This document shows positions 49,354 through 58,585 of a DNA stretch of 64,000 nt, piece by piece; the first letter of the stretch is position 1; the number at the start of each line of letters is the position of its first letter. A model generated the notes under the pieces. It worked only from the letters and a program-made list of their open reading frames with translations, did not search any database and was not told where the DNA came from. The stretch lies in IMG/VR virus record IMGVR_UViG_3300024492_000057, positions 3,798 to 67,797 of that record, one strand, 5' to 3'. Source of the stretch: a virus. Made by a program: the position numbers and the translations under genes.

Positions 49354-49679
49354 TAGCCCCTCTTACCTGAAAGATAAACACTTAAAGCGCCAGTGCTAGA
49401 AGTGAAATCATAAAATACACGAACATAACGGTAATGAGCACGATCAATATTAACTAAATCTTGACCAGCAGCTCCACCAGCAGCTTGAGTATCGATATTT
49501 ACAAAATTAGACCCATCATTAGATGCTTGGACTATAATATTTCCAGCAGGAGTTCCTGTCCATATTGAATGAACTGCAAACCCAATAAGTTCAGAAATAT
49601 CAATAACTTCAGAGGTTAGATCTTCATCCATAACCTCAGCATTAAAAAGTCGTTTATTAATTTGAAATAAAGGTAACAT
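49353..49679 (-). CDS. small beta-sandwich virion protein
   Basis: WTGTPAG...QASNDG..F...RYVRV pattern. Confidence 0.65.
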   Translation of the reverse strand: MLPLFQINKRLFNAEVMDEDLTSEVIDISELIGFAVHSIWTGTPAGNIIVQASNDGSNFVNIDTQAAGGAAGQDLVNIDRAHYRYVRVFYDFTSSTGALSVYLSGKRG

Positions 49680-49688
49680 AGATATTCC

Positions 49689-49856
49689 TTAAATAGTTGT
49701 TAAAAAAAGATAACTTAGGAGAATTAAGTTACCACCGAGGCTTAAAATGAGATATTTCTTTAATTTATTATTTTGTAATTGGTAACGATTTTGTTTAAAA
49801 GTTAAAACTTGATTTTCTTTATTTTCACTTTTATTTTTAAAACTTAGCTTAGCCAT
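49689..49856 (-). CDS. 55-aa tail-anchored membrane peptide (not in ORF track)
   Basis: MAKLSFKNK...YLILSLGGNLILLSYLFLTTI; TAATG coupling. Confidence 0.6.
   Translation of the reverse strand: MAKLSFKNKSENKENQVLTFKQNRYQLQNNKLKKYLILSLGGNLILLSYLFLTTI
49695..49703 (-). promoter_or_regulatory. late promoter motif TTAACAACT
   Basis: followed by AAGGA RBS and ATG 49679. Confidence 0.75.
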
Positions 49857-50326
49857 TATTTATTACCCATTAAAGTATTTATTATATCTTTAGGATTTAT
49901 AAGATATTTAACTTTATTAAAAGTATAACCAATATCAGATAATAATTCACATATTAACTCTGAACAAATATAACCTTTTAAATCATTAAAATGTAGAGTT
50001 TGGTTAGAAATATCATATAAAAAAATTTGAATTAGTTGATTTGTCGAATATGGTTGTCCGGCCAGGTCAATACATTTCTTACTAAATTTGATAAAATGTT
50101 CATTATCAATATCTATCACTATTTCTTCAACAATTTCATTATCTTTTAAAAAATTATCATATGCAATAAAATGAACCATTCCATGAGAAGCTTGATATAC
50201 AATATCTCTATTTTGAGTTATTAAATGCCACTTAACAAATACATGTGAGTATGGAGCACCTATCCACCACCTAATTAATTTCGATCCTAATTTATTATTT
50301 CTAGATGCTCCAATAGTAATTTGCAT
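49856..50326 (-). CDS. permuted papain-like (YaeF/YiiX, NlpC/P60 superfamily) enzyme
   Basis: YSHV, G.PY, YICSEL, P.DI with His before Cys. Confidence 0.78.
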   Translation of the reverse strand: MQITIGASRNNKLGSKLIRWWIGAPYSHVFVKWHLITQNRDIVYQASHGMVHFIAYDNFLKDNEIVEEIVIDIDNEHFIKFSKKCIDLAGQPYSTNQLIQIFLYDISNQTLHFNDLKGYICSELICELLSDIGYTFNKVKYLINPKDIINTLMGNK

Positions 50327-50329
50327 ATA

Positions 50330-50953
50330 TTAATCTTTAACTTCATGTAACCAAAGATTACTTGAAATATATTTTGTACTTTGTCCATTATTAGTATATT
50401 GGCATCTAACAACCATTCCAAGATATAAATCTGCGTCATAATTAGATGTATTTTCGTACTCGCCAGAAGGCATTTCTACATTAAAACCAAATTGATTAAG
50501 TTGATAATTTGAACCAGGGGCACCTGAGTAAGTATTATTAGTAGTATCTAAGACATAGTAATTTATAGTATCGCCCAAATCACAACCAAAAATCTCAGCC
50601 CCTGAGAATTTACATGTATTATAAGGAACAATAAAGTCAATATTAGTAGTTTGCCCTGCTACAATAGTTGCATTTACCCCGTGAACTCTCTTATATAACT
50701 TTTTACCATTGGGTAGAGTTTTAGCTGCAAATGGTTGAGCAGTTGAGGTTATTTTCTTATTTCCCAATGATTTATAATTACTATTGAAATCTATATAATC
50801 TGCAGTTCCTGCTACTAAATAAGATTTAAGAATAAATCCAGAATAAGTAACATAAACAGCATATGCACCATTAGGTTCTAAAGTATAAATCCACCCAGAT
50901 TCCGTGGATGTAATAAAAGTTTTGAACTCTGTCCAACTTATTTCTACAATCAT
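50330..50953 (-). CDS. hypothetical structural protein
   Basis: ORF in structural cassette. Confidence 0.65.
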   Translation of the reverse strand: MIVEISWTEFKTFITSTESGWIYTLEPNGAYAVYVTYSGFILKSYLVAGTADYIDFNSNYKSLGNKKITSTAQPFAAKTLPNGKKLYKRVHGVNATIVAGQTTNIDFIVPYNTCKFSGAEIFGCDLGDTINYYVLDTTNNTYSGAPGSNYQLNQFGFNVEMPSGEYENTSNYDADLYLGMVVRCQYTNNGQSTKYISSNLWLHEVKD

Positions 50954-53118
50954 TACGCTTCTCCAAATACAGCAGACGCTGTTGCTGAAACTGTACCATT
51001 AGTAGCTCTAGCTCCAATACTAATCACATCATCTGTTGACATAATCATGGCTAATTCTTTAGTATTAATAAAGATATTTGACGACTTAGATAGGGCGATG
51101 GTATATAGAACCTCCCCTCCAGTTACAACTCCACCAGTTGAAGTTGTCATTACTGGAGTATCTTCATCTATTTCACTCCATAATACAGGGTTAGCAAAAG
51201 TTGGATTTAATCTAATTTCAAAGACGACAGGGTTTGTTGCTTCAGATGCACAAGTCACTGATTGTAACATAGAGTCTGTTATAACTAACAAATTATCAGC
51301 TACCGATATTTTCTTTAGTGCTACCACATTCGTTAGAGAAGTTCCGATACCGCCAACACTACCGAACGTAGAATGAATCTTAGTTGGAAAATCTGCAATA
51401 TTCTCATGAAATCCCGACATAGATGCAGAGTAAACGCTTAGATTTGTCGTGCTTCCAGCACTTGCCGCAATAATTCCTAGTTTAAATTCTGGAATATCAA
51501 GAGATGGTGTAGTATTCGTATTAGAGTAATGAATATCATGAACTTTTAAAAGCACCCCAGTTTCAGGATTCTCTATAAAGAAACTTAACATACCATAACC
51601 TAAATATTGATATTGAACTTGGAATACATTTCCCTTTGTTGGATCGAGGATGAACGGTGAGTGGTCGTCACTTCCAGATAGTAAAGTATGATGATTCCAA
51701 TCTTCTTGATAATACCATGTATCCACAGCATTTGTTCCTGCCCCAACTTGAGAAAAGGTTCCAGCCAAATTTCCAGTTGATGATACTGAATATGTTCCAC
51801 TTTTAGCACCAATACTTGTAGCTTGGAATATTATTGTTGCTCCAACATTATACGCATTCCAGCCAGAAGGCAATGAACCATTAGCAATTTCATAAGCATT
51901 CTCTTCAATAGAACCGTTATTAGCTGATCCTGTTGCTGTTACGTTATATGCTACACCATTCAATGTGACAGTAACGGTTTGGGATGATGTTGCTCTCTGA
52001 GTTAATGTTAACTTTCGTATCTCTGGTCTACCGCCAGTTCTATAGAGTATACCGAACTGAGTTCCATTATAACCAAAAGTTAGCTCATTACCGATATTAA
52101 ATAGTCCTGCCCTTTGTATACTATTCGCCACAGGAGTAGTGAATCTCGCAGTAAATCTACCCAAAGATCCAATGCCCGGACGATAAGACATAACCTTTTT
52201 TGAACGAATAACTCCATATCCACCAACGCTAGTACCGCAACTAACTTTAAATTCTCTCCCTGGATTATTGTCTATATAACCAGCAAAACTACCTGTACCT
52301 GATGTATATGTTTCAGTGATTCTCTCTGGAGTTCCTTTAAATGCACTAATATTAATATAAGGACATAATTGGGCTACATTTAATGCTCCGAAAGCAGTTT
52401 TAGTTAGGTCTAAACTTAATCCTTCATTATCACCTAAATTAATATTATGATAATCACCGTCTGGAGTTTCACCAACTAGTACAGCTCTTACCAATTCAGC
52501 ATCACTATAATCAGTAATTTCGGCGGATAAATTAGTAGTTAGGTGTGACTTACTCTGTGTACCAAGTATTGTTTGCAGAGCTACAGTGGCAGTAGAAACT
52601 CCATTATTAGTAAGTTTTACTCTTACATATTTGGCAATTCTAGCCGCTTTATGAGGGGTTCCAGTATTGGCTGTAATAACAAAAGATAATGCTCTATGAA
52701 CCGTGCTACCATCTGTAGAGAACTCTATTAAAAGCGTTGCATTCTGTGTGATGTAAGTCATTACATTAATATCAGAATAATTAGTAACATTTTCCCAAGT
52801 TCCAGTAAACGTTGCAGATGAAGCTAAATTTGAGTTAGAACTATTATATGTTGAAACCTTATCATTAGAGAGGATATTTACATTAGACGGAAAAATACCT
52901 TTTAATAAATCAATACCATCGGAAATAGATAAATCATTAGAACCATCATTTACAATAACATCACCAGAACCAACATTAGTAATAATGTCACTAGATGCTG
53001 CCCACAATAAATAATCTTGAGCAGGAATTGTATATTGTGTAGGAGAAGCAGGAAGTGATATTCCTGTATCAGAAATATTAATAGGACTTCCAGTTTGATT
53101 TTTTAATATTTTAGACAT
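50953..53118 (-). CDS. large beta-rich virion protein (fibre/spike-like)
   Basis: Thr/Ser/Gly-rich 721 aa; TAFG, YRPG, YQYLGYG motifs. Confidence 0.65.
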   Translation of the reverse strand: MSKILKNQTGSPINISDTGISLPASPTQYTIPAQDYLLWAASSDIITNVGSGDVIVNDGSNDLSISDGIDLLKGIFPSNVNILSNDKVSTYNSSNSNLASSATFTGTWENVTNYSDINVMTYITQNATLLIEFSTDGSTVHRALSFVITANTGTPHKAARIAKYVRVKLTNNGVSTATVALQTILGTQSKSHLTTNLSAEITDYSDAELVRAVLVGETPDGDYHNINLGDNEGLSLDLTKTAFGALNVAQLCPYINISAFKGTPERITETYTSGTGSFAGYIDNNPGREFKVSCGTSVGGYGVIRSKKVMSYRPGIGSLGRFTARFTTPVANSIQRAGLFNIGNELTFGYNGTQFGILYRTGGRPEIRKLTLTQRATSSQTVTVTLNGVAYNVTATGSANNGSIEENAYEIANGSLPSGWNAYNVGATIIFQATSIGAKSGTYSVSSTGNLAGTFSQVGAGTNAVDTWYYQEDWNHHTLLSGSDDHSPFILDPTKGNVFQVQYQYLGYGMLSFFIENPETGVLLKVHDIHYSNTNTTPSLDIPEFKLGIIAASAGSTTNLSVYSASMSGFHENIADFPTKIHSTFGSVGGIGTSLTNVVALKKISVADNLLVITDSMLQSVTCASEATNPVVFEIRLNPTFANPVLWSEIDEDTPVMTTSTGGVVTGGEVLYTIALSKSSNIFINTKELAMIMSTDDVISIGARATNGTVSATASAVFGEA

Positions 53119-53127
53119 AAGCTTCTC

Positions 53128-53616
53128 TTAAGGAGTTAAAGTACCTTTAACAATTAGTCCACATAAAACATTTTTAGCGCTTCCAGAACCAATTTTAGCT
53201 GCAATTTGTTTTCCATATGCAACAGAAACATTTGTTGATAGACTTCCACTCCTAGCTGCAGTTATAGTTAATGTAGTTAAAAGAGTTAGATTAATTTCAT
53301 TTCCATCATGAGAATATAATTCAACCGTATAAGTATTTACATCCTCATTATTTGACCATATTTCAGTAATATAAGCATTATATAATGAAATATTTCTACC
53401 AGCTTTATTACTTGGAACAGTTTCATTTAATAAATATGTACTAGCTGGTATATTACCAGATCTACCGAAACTAAATCCTGGGCTAGCCGAAGATGCGGCT
53501 GAGCTTTTTAATTCATCAATTGCAGCTTGAACATCAGTCGCAGTTAGCCCACTAGTAGTATTATCATACGGAGTTGATTTAGCTACTTCAGATTGAAAAA
53601 ATGGAGATCTACTCAT
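53128..53616 (-). CDS. fibre-like structural protein
   Basis: YDNTTSGLTATDVQAAIDEL motif shared with long fibre. Confidence 0.65.
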   Translation of the reverse strand: MSRSPFFQSEVAKSTPYDNTTSGLTATDVQAAIDELKSSAASSASPGFSFGRSGNIPASTYLLNETVPSNKAGRNISLYNAYITEIWSNNEDVNTYTVELYSHDGNEINLTLLTTLTITAARSGSLSTNVSVAYGKQIAAKIGSGSAKNVLCGLIVKGTLTP

Positions 53617-53924
53617 TATCCAATCTCTTGTATAATAGCAGTTGACGAACCAGTAGCAGTTATAAGAAATATCGCAACAGAATCTCCAAACGGTAAAGAT
53701 GCCACTTGATTTTTAGCTAATCGAATTCCTGTAGAAGAAGTTACTCCAGAAGGTCCATAATAAATATCATTATTACCGCGATTTTCTATTATAATCATCT
53801 GGCGACCATTTAATGTTGATCCACCAACCTTAGCTTCAGTTTGTGAAGTTGTAATGTTAATAGATGCTGCTAAATAATTGGAATTATTTACATCATCGAA
53901 TTGACCTGATTGCGAAATTCCCAT
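53616..53924 (-). CDS. small beta-sandwich structural protein
   Basis: R..I.I.N.G...IY.G...VT...GI.L domain shared with C-terminus of 54149-55366. Confidence 0.65.
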   Translation of the reverse strand: MGISQSGQFDDVNNSNYLAASINITTSQTEAKVGGSTLNGRQMIIIENRGNNDIYYGPSGVTSSTGIRLAKNQVASLPFGDSVAIFLITATGSSTAIIQEIG

Positions 53925-54142
53925 TATTCTTTAGATTTCTTAGATTTAGAAGACTTAATAGGCTCTTCAGTTTTTACAATAGAAACTGGAGGTTGTTTTA
54001 ATTCATTTAGGCGTTTAACCCAAAATTCAAATAAACGAAAGAAGGCGAGCGCTTCCTCGCCTTCCATCTCGAACTTACCCCGGCGCAATAGCTTAAGCGT
54101 ATTTTCAATAGCAACGATTTCAGGGTTAAGTTGTTTATTCAT
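53924..54142 (-). CDS. hypothetical protein
   Basis: coupled ORF. Confidence 0.6.
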   Translation of the reverse strand: MNKQLNPEIVAIENTLKLLRRGKFEMEGEEALAFFRLFEFWVKRLNELKQPPVSIVKTEEPIKSSKSKKSKE

Positions 54143-54148
54143 ATATTA

Positions 54149-55366
54149 TTAAGCAAGCTCCATTACACGAACGTCTTGACCGGCAGTACCAGAAATTGCA
54201 TGAAGATTGATACCGGGACCAATATCCAACTCAATAGATCCGCCAGCAAAAAGTTCAATACCACTAGCAGTAGTTACGCTAGCATCGCCAATATAAACCT
54301 TCTTAGAACCAAGATTTTGAACAAGAATTCGTTTACGGTTAGCTAGATCAGTTGCAGCTAGATCGGTTGCAGAAGTTCCAACTGAAACAGCAGCATATGC
54401 CATAGACTGATGAGTATCATTCATCCATAGACGACCTAGTGCATCAGTCTTAAATGATTGATAATCACCACTAGCTGAAGTTGAAGAAGCTAATGTATCT
54501 TGACGTACTGAAAGAGTATAAAGACCAATATCCCCAGATGAATGAGCTGAATCTTCAGCATAATCACCGGGCATATCAATACTAGCAGCTACTCTAAGTT
54601 CACCGGCAGCATTTACTTGAAGTGGCGAATAATCACCATCTGTTGAAGTTAATGAACCACCAGCATCATTACGAACTACTAGACCAAGAACACCAATATC
54701 ACCAGAAACATGAGCTGAATCTTCAGCATAACCAGTAAGGCTACCAGGAAGCGAAAGAACATCAACCTGTAAATTACCATCTACGTCAGTCTTAATAGCT
54801 TGAACGTTAGTTCCATCATAACCAGCAATTACTGCTTGGTTAGTTGGGAGTGATCCACCATCAGCTGCGCTAAAATTAACAGCCACCTTCATAATACCAG
54901 CTGAAGTTACAGCAATTGGAGAATAATCCCCATCAGCAGACGTCAGTACAGCATTACTATCGTTTCTAACACCAAGAATGAAATTACCGAGAGCACCTGA
55001 AGAATGAGCTGAATCTTCAGCAAATTGACCAGGCATACTAGCAATATCAACGTCACCGATGTTATTATTACCAGAAGGAAGAGCAGCAGTTACAGCAACT
55101 TCAGCCTGACCAGAAGCAGTAATTGATAGAGTTTCAGTACCATCAGAAATGGCAATGTTATCTTGGGCAGCATCCAAATCTCTGATATCAAGATCTGTTG
55201 CAGTTACAACTAGACTAGTGTTAATAATATTAACATCTAATCCATCTTTACCGCCGACATTGGTATGAGTAAGCTCAGTACCATCGGCGCTAATTAGATA
55301 TGAACCAACGTAGTCAGAATTAGCTGCGTCTGCTGGATCAAATACTAATTTATTTTTATTAATCAT
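54149..55366 (-). CDS. repeat-containing structural (fibre-like) protein
   Basis: three AEDSAH.SG..G...L.VR.D....S..GDY repeats. Confidence 0.75.
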   Translation of the reverse strand: MINKNKLVFDPADAANSDYVGSYLISADGTELTHTNVGGKDGLDVNIINTSLVVTATDLDIRDLDAAQDNIAISDGTETLSITASGQAEVAVTAALPSGNNNIGDVDIASMPGQFAEDSAHSSGALGNFILGVRNDSNAVLTSADGDYSPIAVTSAGIMKVAVNFSAADGGSLPTNQAVIAGYDGTNVQAIKTDVDGNLQVDVLSLPGSLTGYAEDSAHVSGDIGVLGLVVRNDAGGSLTSTDGDYSPLQVNAAGELRVAASIDMPGDYAEDSAHSSGDIGLYTLSVRQDTLASSTSASGDYQSFKTDALGRLWMNDTHQSMAYAAVSVGTSATDLAATDLANRKRILVQNLGSKKVYIGDASVTTASGIELFAGGSIELDIGPGINLHAISGTAGQDVRVMELA

Positions 55367-55406
55367 TTATTTCCCCTTTATTAAAAGCATCATTGCTTTC
55401 ATATAT

Positions 55407-55415
55407 AGTTGTTAA
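55407..55415 (-). promoter_or_regulatory. late promoter motif TTAACAACT
   Basis: overlaps stop of upstream gene; followed by AAAGCA-ATGA-TGCTTT hairpin and RBS. Confidence 0.72.
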
Positions 55416-55951
55416 CTCCATGTAATTATTTCTAAAACCTGAGTATTTTTATTAGCTTGGAAATACATTGTCAATGATGAAGTTAAATTCAAATTATCTT
55501 CAATATACTCAGAACCAATTGGAATTAATATATAATTTGTTCCAGATTGACCAGAAACGTAAGCAATATTTAATTGAGCATTTCCGCGAATCTTAACACA
55601 AATACGTTTAGTACCAGCGGGAATTGAAAAACTCTGCTCAACAGCAGCTGTAGGTATGCTAATATTTGTAATTACTGGAGTATTTACAGTAATATCTAAA
55701 TTAGCAACATTAACATCTAATGCTTCTTTAGACCCAATTGTAGTTACTGTAACTTTCTTAGAACCATCTTCATTGGCAATAGCAATATTATCGCCATCTG
55801 CAGCATCTACTTCAACCTCTACTTCAGTATCTACAGCAGTTACAGTAACTTGTGCATCTACACGATGACGATCTGTAGATTCGTCAAATCCTCGTTGAAG
55901 AATTTGATTGGAATCTAATTGACCGGCATTTAGATTAGTAGGAGCTGGCAC
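55412..55951 (-). CDS. structural protein related to neighbouring fibre-like genes
   Basis: DNIAI and K..LDVN motifs shared with 54149-55366. Confidence 0.65.
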   Translation of the reverse strand: MPAPTNLNAGQLDSNQILQRGFDESTDRHRVDAQVTVTAVDTEVEVEVDAADGDNIAIANEDGSKKVTVTTIGSKEALDVNVANLDITVNTPVITNISIPTAAVEQSFSIPAGTKRICVKIRGNAQLNIAYVSGQSGTNYILIPIGSEYIEDNLNLTSSLTMYFQANKNTQVLEIITWS

Positions 55952-55954
55952 AAT

Positions 55955-56107
55955 TTAATCCTTTAATAAAAAACAAGCTAAAAGTAAAATATTAAAACTT
56001 AAACTAACGAAAAACAAAGGCGCAAAATAGTTAAAAGCCGCTGGCTTAAATCGAACTTTACGATTATTTTTAGACTTAAATTGTATAATCTTACAGTCAT
56101 TTTGCAT
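55955..56107 (-). CDS. 50-aa tail-anchored membrane peptide (not in ORF track)
   Basis: MQNDCKIIQFKSK...LFFVSLSFNILLLACFLLKD; fills the gap. Confidence 0.5.
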   Translation of the reverse strand: MQNDCKIIQFKSKNNRKVRFKPAAFNYFAPLFFVSLSFNILLLACFLLKD

Positions 56108-56543
56108 TAGAAAGTACTCTAAATTTACGAATTCTTTCAGATTTTTCTAATTCTTTAGGCGTAGGTTTAGAATATTGACCATAAAGCCATTTATGAGCTG
56201 CAACGTCTTCTGGATTATTTTTAAGTAATTTACTCGCTAGGGTTTCAGCTAAGCGCTTTTGAAGTTCTGGATTTTGTTCGAGTTTTTTCTGAACGTCCTC
56301 TTTAGGCATATTCTGAAGTTCATTTACCGAATATTGTCGATCTAGGTCTTGAGCGGTTAAAGGCATTAATCCATAGTTACCAACCGCAGCAGTTCCCTTA
56401 TGCATTCCGGCTTTCATTGGAACATGTTCAGTATTCTGCCCACTATTACTTTCTAACTCAGCAATTTTCTTTAGAAATTGCTGTAATTGATCAGCTTTAT
56501 ATTCTCGAACATCCATGTAATTAGGAGTTTTATAATCGTCCAT
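56097..56543 (-). CDS. lysozyme-like / lytic transglycosylase-like virion protein
   Basis: IAELES.SG catalytic Glu context and A.G.YGLMP.TA motif. Confidence 0.62.
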   Translation of the reverse strand: MDDYKTPNYMDVREYKADQLQQFLKKIAELESNSGQNTEHVPMKAGMHKGTAAVGNYGLMPLTAQDLDRQYSVNELQNMPKEDVQKKLEQNPELQKRLAETLASKLLKNNPEDVAAHKWLYGQYSKPTPKELEKSERIRKFRVLSNAK

Positions 56544-58582
56544 TAATTACTCACGTTTCCCATAGACTGTTGTTGAAGTTCAGGATTAGGTAATACTCCA
56601 GCAGGAACTTGAGGCATTTCAGGATTCTGCTTATTTCCTGCTTCAGCTAATTCAGTTTTACCTTGTTGAGGAGGTCCACCCTGAGGAGGTTGCTGCCCTG
56701 GTTGACCGGGAGGTCCCATAGGAGGAGCGGGCTCCATCCCGGGAGGGGGAAGGGGTTGCTGACCAGTTAACATTAATAGTCTAGGATCCGTATTAGTTAA
56801 CATGTCAATATGACCCTGTAAGTGATCCATAACAATACGAGTTACCTGTGGATTCATGCGAATATCTGGATCATCAAGAACGGCTCTATGTTCTTGAATA
56901 TGGAATGCATGTAAGTCAGTAGGTGCAACAATTGGGTTATTACCTTCAGCTAACCACTCATTCTCACGACGAACTAGAAGTTGCTGACTAATATCACCTT
57001 CAAACATTAGATCTAAGCGCCCAGTATTAAGTACTTGGAAATATTGAGTAGGATCCTTAATAATACCCATCTGCATCATTTGCTCAGCCATTTGAACACG
57101 ACCGGCAATTGTACGAGAAAGGGGGTTACCAATATCTACTACAACACGATTAATAGATTGAAGATCTTCTCCAGTAAATTCCTTAAGAAGCATCTTGTTA
57201 TTTTTACCAACAAGAGCAGCAACTTTCGGAGTATTTGCATAATCTTTAAGAATCTGAATAATAGCAGTGCCGGTATCTTCTACAAGACGAACATAAGACT
57301 GCTGAAGACCAGAAACGAATTGAAGCGCCATAGATTGAACTAGAGCAAGAGCAGCTCCAGACTTAAGAGAAGCTTCAGGTTGACCGCGTGCTACTGAGTT
57401 AACTCCCGAAATAGTTTCAGCAGATTGAATTAACATATCTAGAAACTTAAATACTTCTGTAGGAGTTTCAGTTAAGTTTAGAGGCTCAGGTTTACTATTA
57501 CCTTCAATAATATTCATTGAACCATGTAGACTATCAATAGAAATATCAGAACCACGTTGAACGAATAGGTTCTGAACACCGAACGCGCTCTGGTTAGTCA
57601 TAATGGTTGAATATAGACCATCAATACCCTGTTGAATTGGAAATACATCAAACATTGGTGAATAACCATAAGGAGTTCCAAGGATTTCACCAGCAGATAC
57701 GCGGAAAATAGGCATTAGACGGTAAGGAAGTGGCGTATCGAGCATTACGGTTTCGGTGTCGGCAAAAAGCATATACCGACCTTGAGGCATACTTTCAGTC
57801 TTTTTATGATAAAACTCATATACAGGAATATCATCAGTATTATCATTGGATAGAAGAGCCATACGATAAATGGAGTTATCTGATTTAGAAGGAATACCCT
57901 TAAGATTGTCGGCTAGTTCAGGATATTTAGCCATGAGATCAAAGCGATTTTTAAAGGTGCGGATCATATACCAGTCAAGCTTATGAGACTCGCGGGATCC
58001 ATCGAACACTACATCGAATGGTGAAAGATTAGTAAATTCAATCTCCCCTTCTTTAATTTCAATACCATTTTCATCGATATCATATACATCACCAGATGTA
58101 GCATTCCACTCCATCTTAATGAACCCGGCACCTAAAATAATAGCCATCTCAACTGCGGTTTTAAGAGCATCCTCAAGATGCTTTTCACGCATATAATAAT
58201 CAAGAATACCATTAGCTAAATATGTTTGAGCAATTGATTTATAATCACTATTAATTGCACGAGCTTCCATCGTAGGACGGGAAGACGTAATCATCACAAA
58301 GATATGCTGTGCAAGGTTACGGAAGTGATTTACGTGTAAACTTACTAATTCTTCCTGTTCACCAGTAAAACTAATCTGATGACCCCCACCTACAGATACT
58401 TCAAAACAGCCGTGGTATACTCGCCACATTCTAGCAAGTTTTTCAAGGTAGAAGTTAGCTTCTAATACGTTATAGAATGACTTAGATTTAGCTAAAAGGA
58501 TTGAAGCAGTTTCTTTAGCATCTTTAGCAGCAAAGTAAACTGAAGTATCGCTCATTCCTAACATATTTGATTTATTACTCAT
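56543..58582 (-). CDS. portal protein
   Basis: 679 aa directly after terminase; SGV..VARG....KSGAAL; Pro/Gln-rich tail. Confidence 0.85.
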   Translation of the reverse strand: MSNKSNMLGMSDTSVYFAAKDAKETASILLAKSKSFYNVLEANFYLEKLARMWRVYHGCFEVSVGGGHQISFTGEQEELVSLHVNHFRNLAQHIFVMITSSRPTMEARAINSDYKSIAQTYLANGILDYYMREKHLEDALKTAVEMAIILGAGFIKMEWNATSGDVYDIDENGIEIKEGEIEFTNLSPFDVVFDGSRESHKLDWYMIRTFKNRFDLMAKYPELADNLKGIPSKSDNSIYRMALLSNDNTDDIPVYEFYHKKTESMPQGRYMLFADTETVMLDTPLPYRLMPIFRVSAGEILGTPYGYSPMFDVFPIQQGIDGLYSTIMTNQSAFGVQNLFVQRGSDISIDSLHGSMNIIEGNSKPEPLNLTETPTEVFKFLDMLIQSAETISGVNSVARGQPEASLKSGAALALVQSMALQFVSGLQQSYVRLVEDTGTAIIQILKDYANTPKVAALVGKNNKMLLKEFTGEDLQSINRVVVDIGNPLSRTIAGRVQMAEQMMQMGIIKDPTQYFQVLNTGRLDLMFEGDISQQLLVRRENEWLAEGNNPIVAPTDLHAFHIQEHRAVLDDPDIRMNPQVTRIVMDHLQGHIDMLTNTDPRLLMLTGQQPLPPPGMEPAPPMGPPGQPGQQPPQGGPPQQGKTELAEAGNKQNPEMPQVPAGVLPNPELQQQSMGNVSN

Positions 58583-58585
58583 ATT

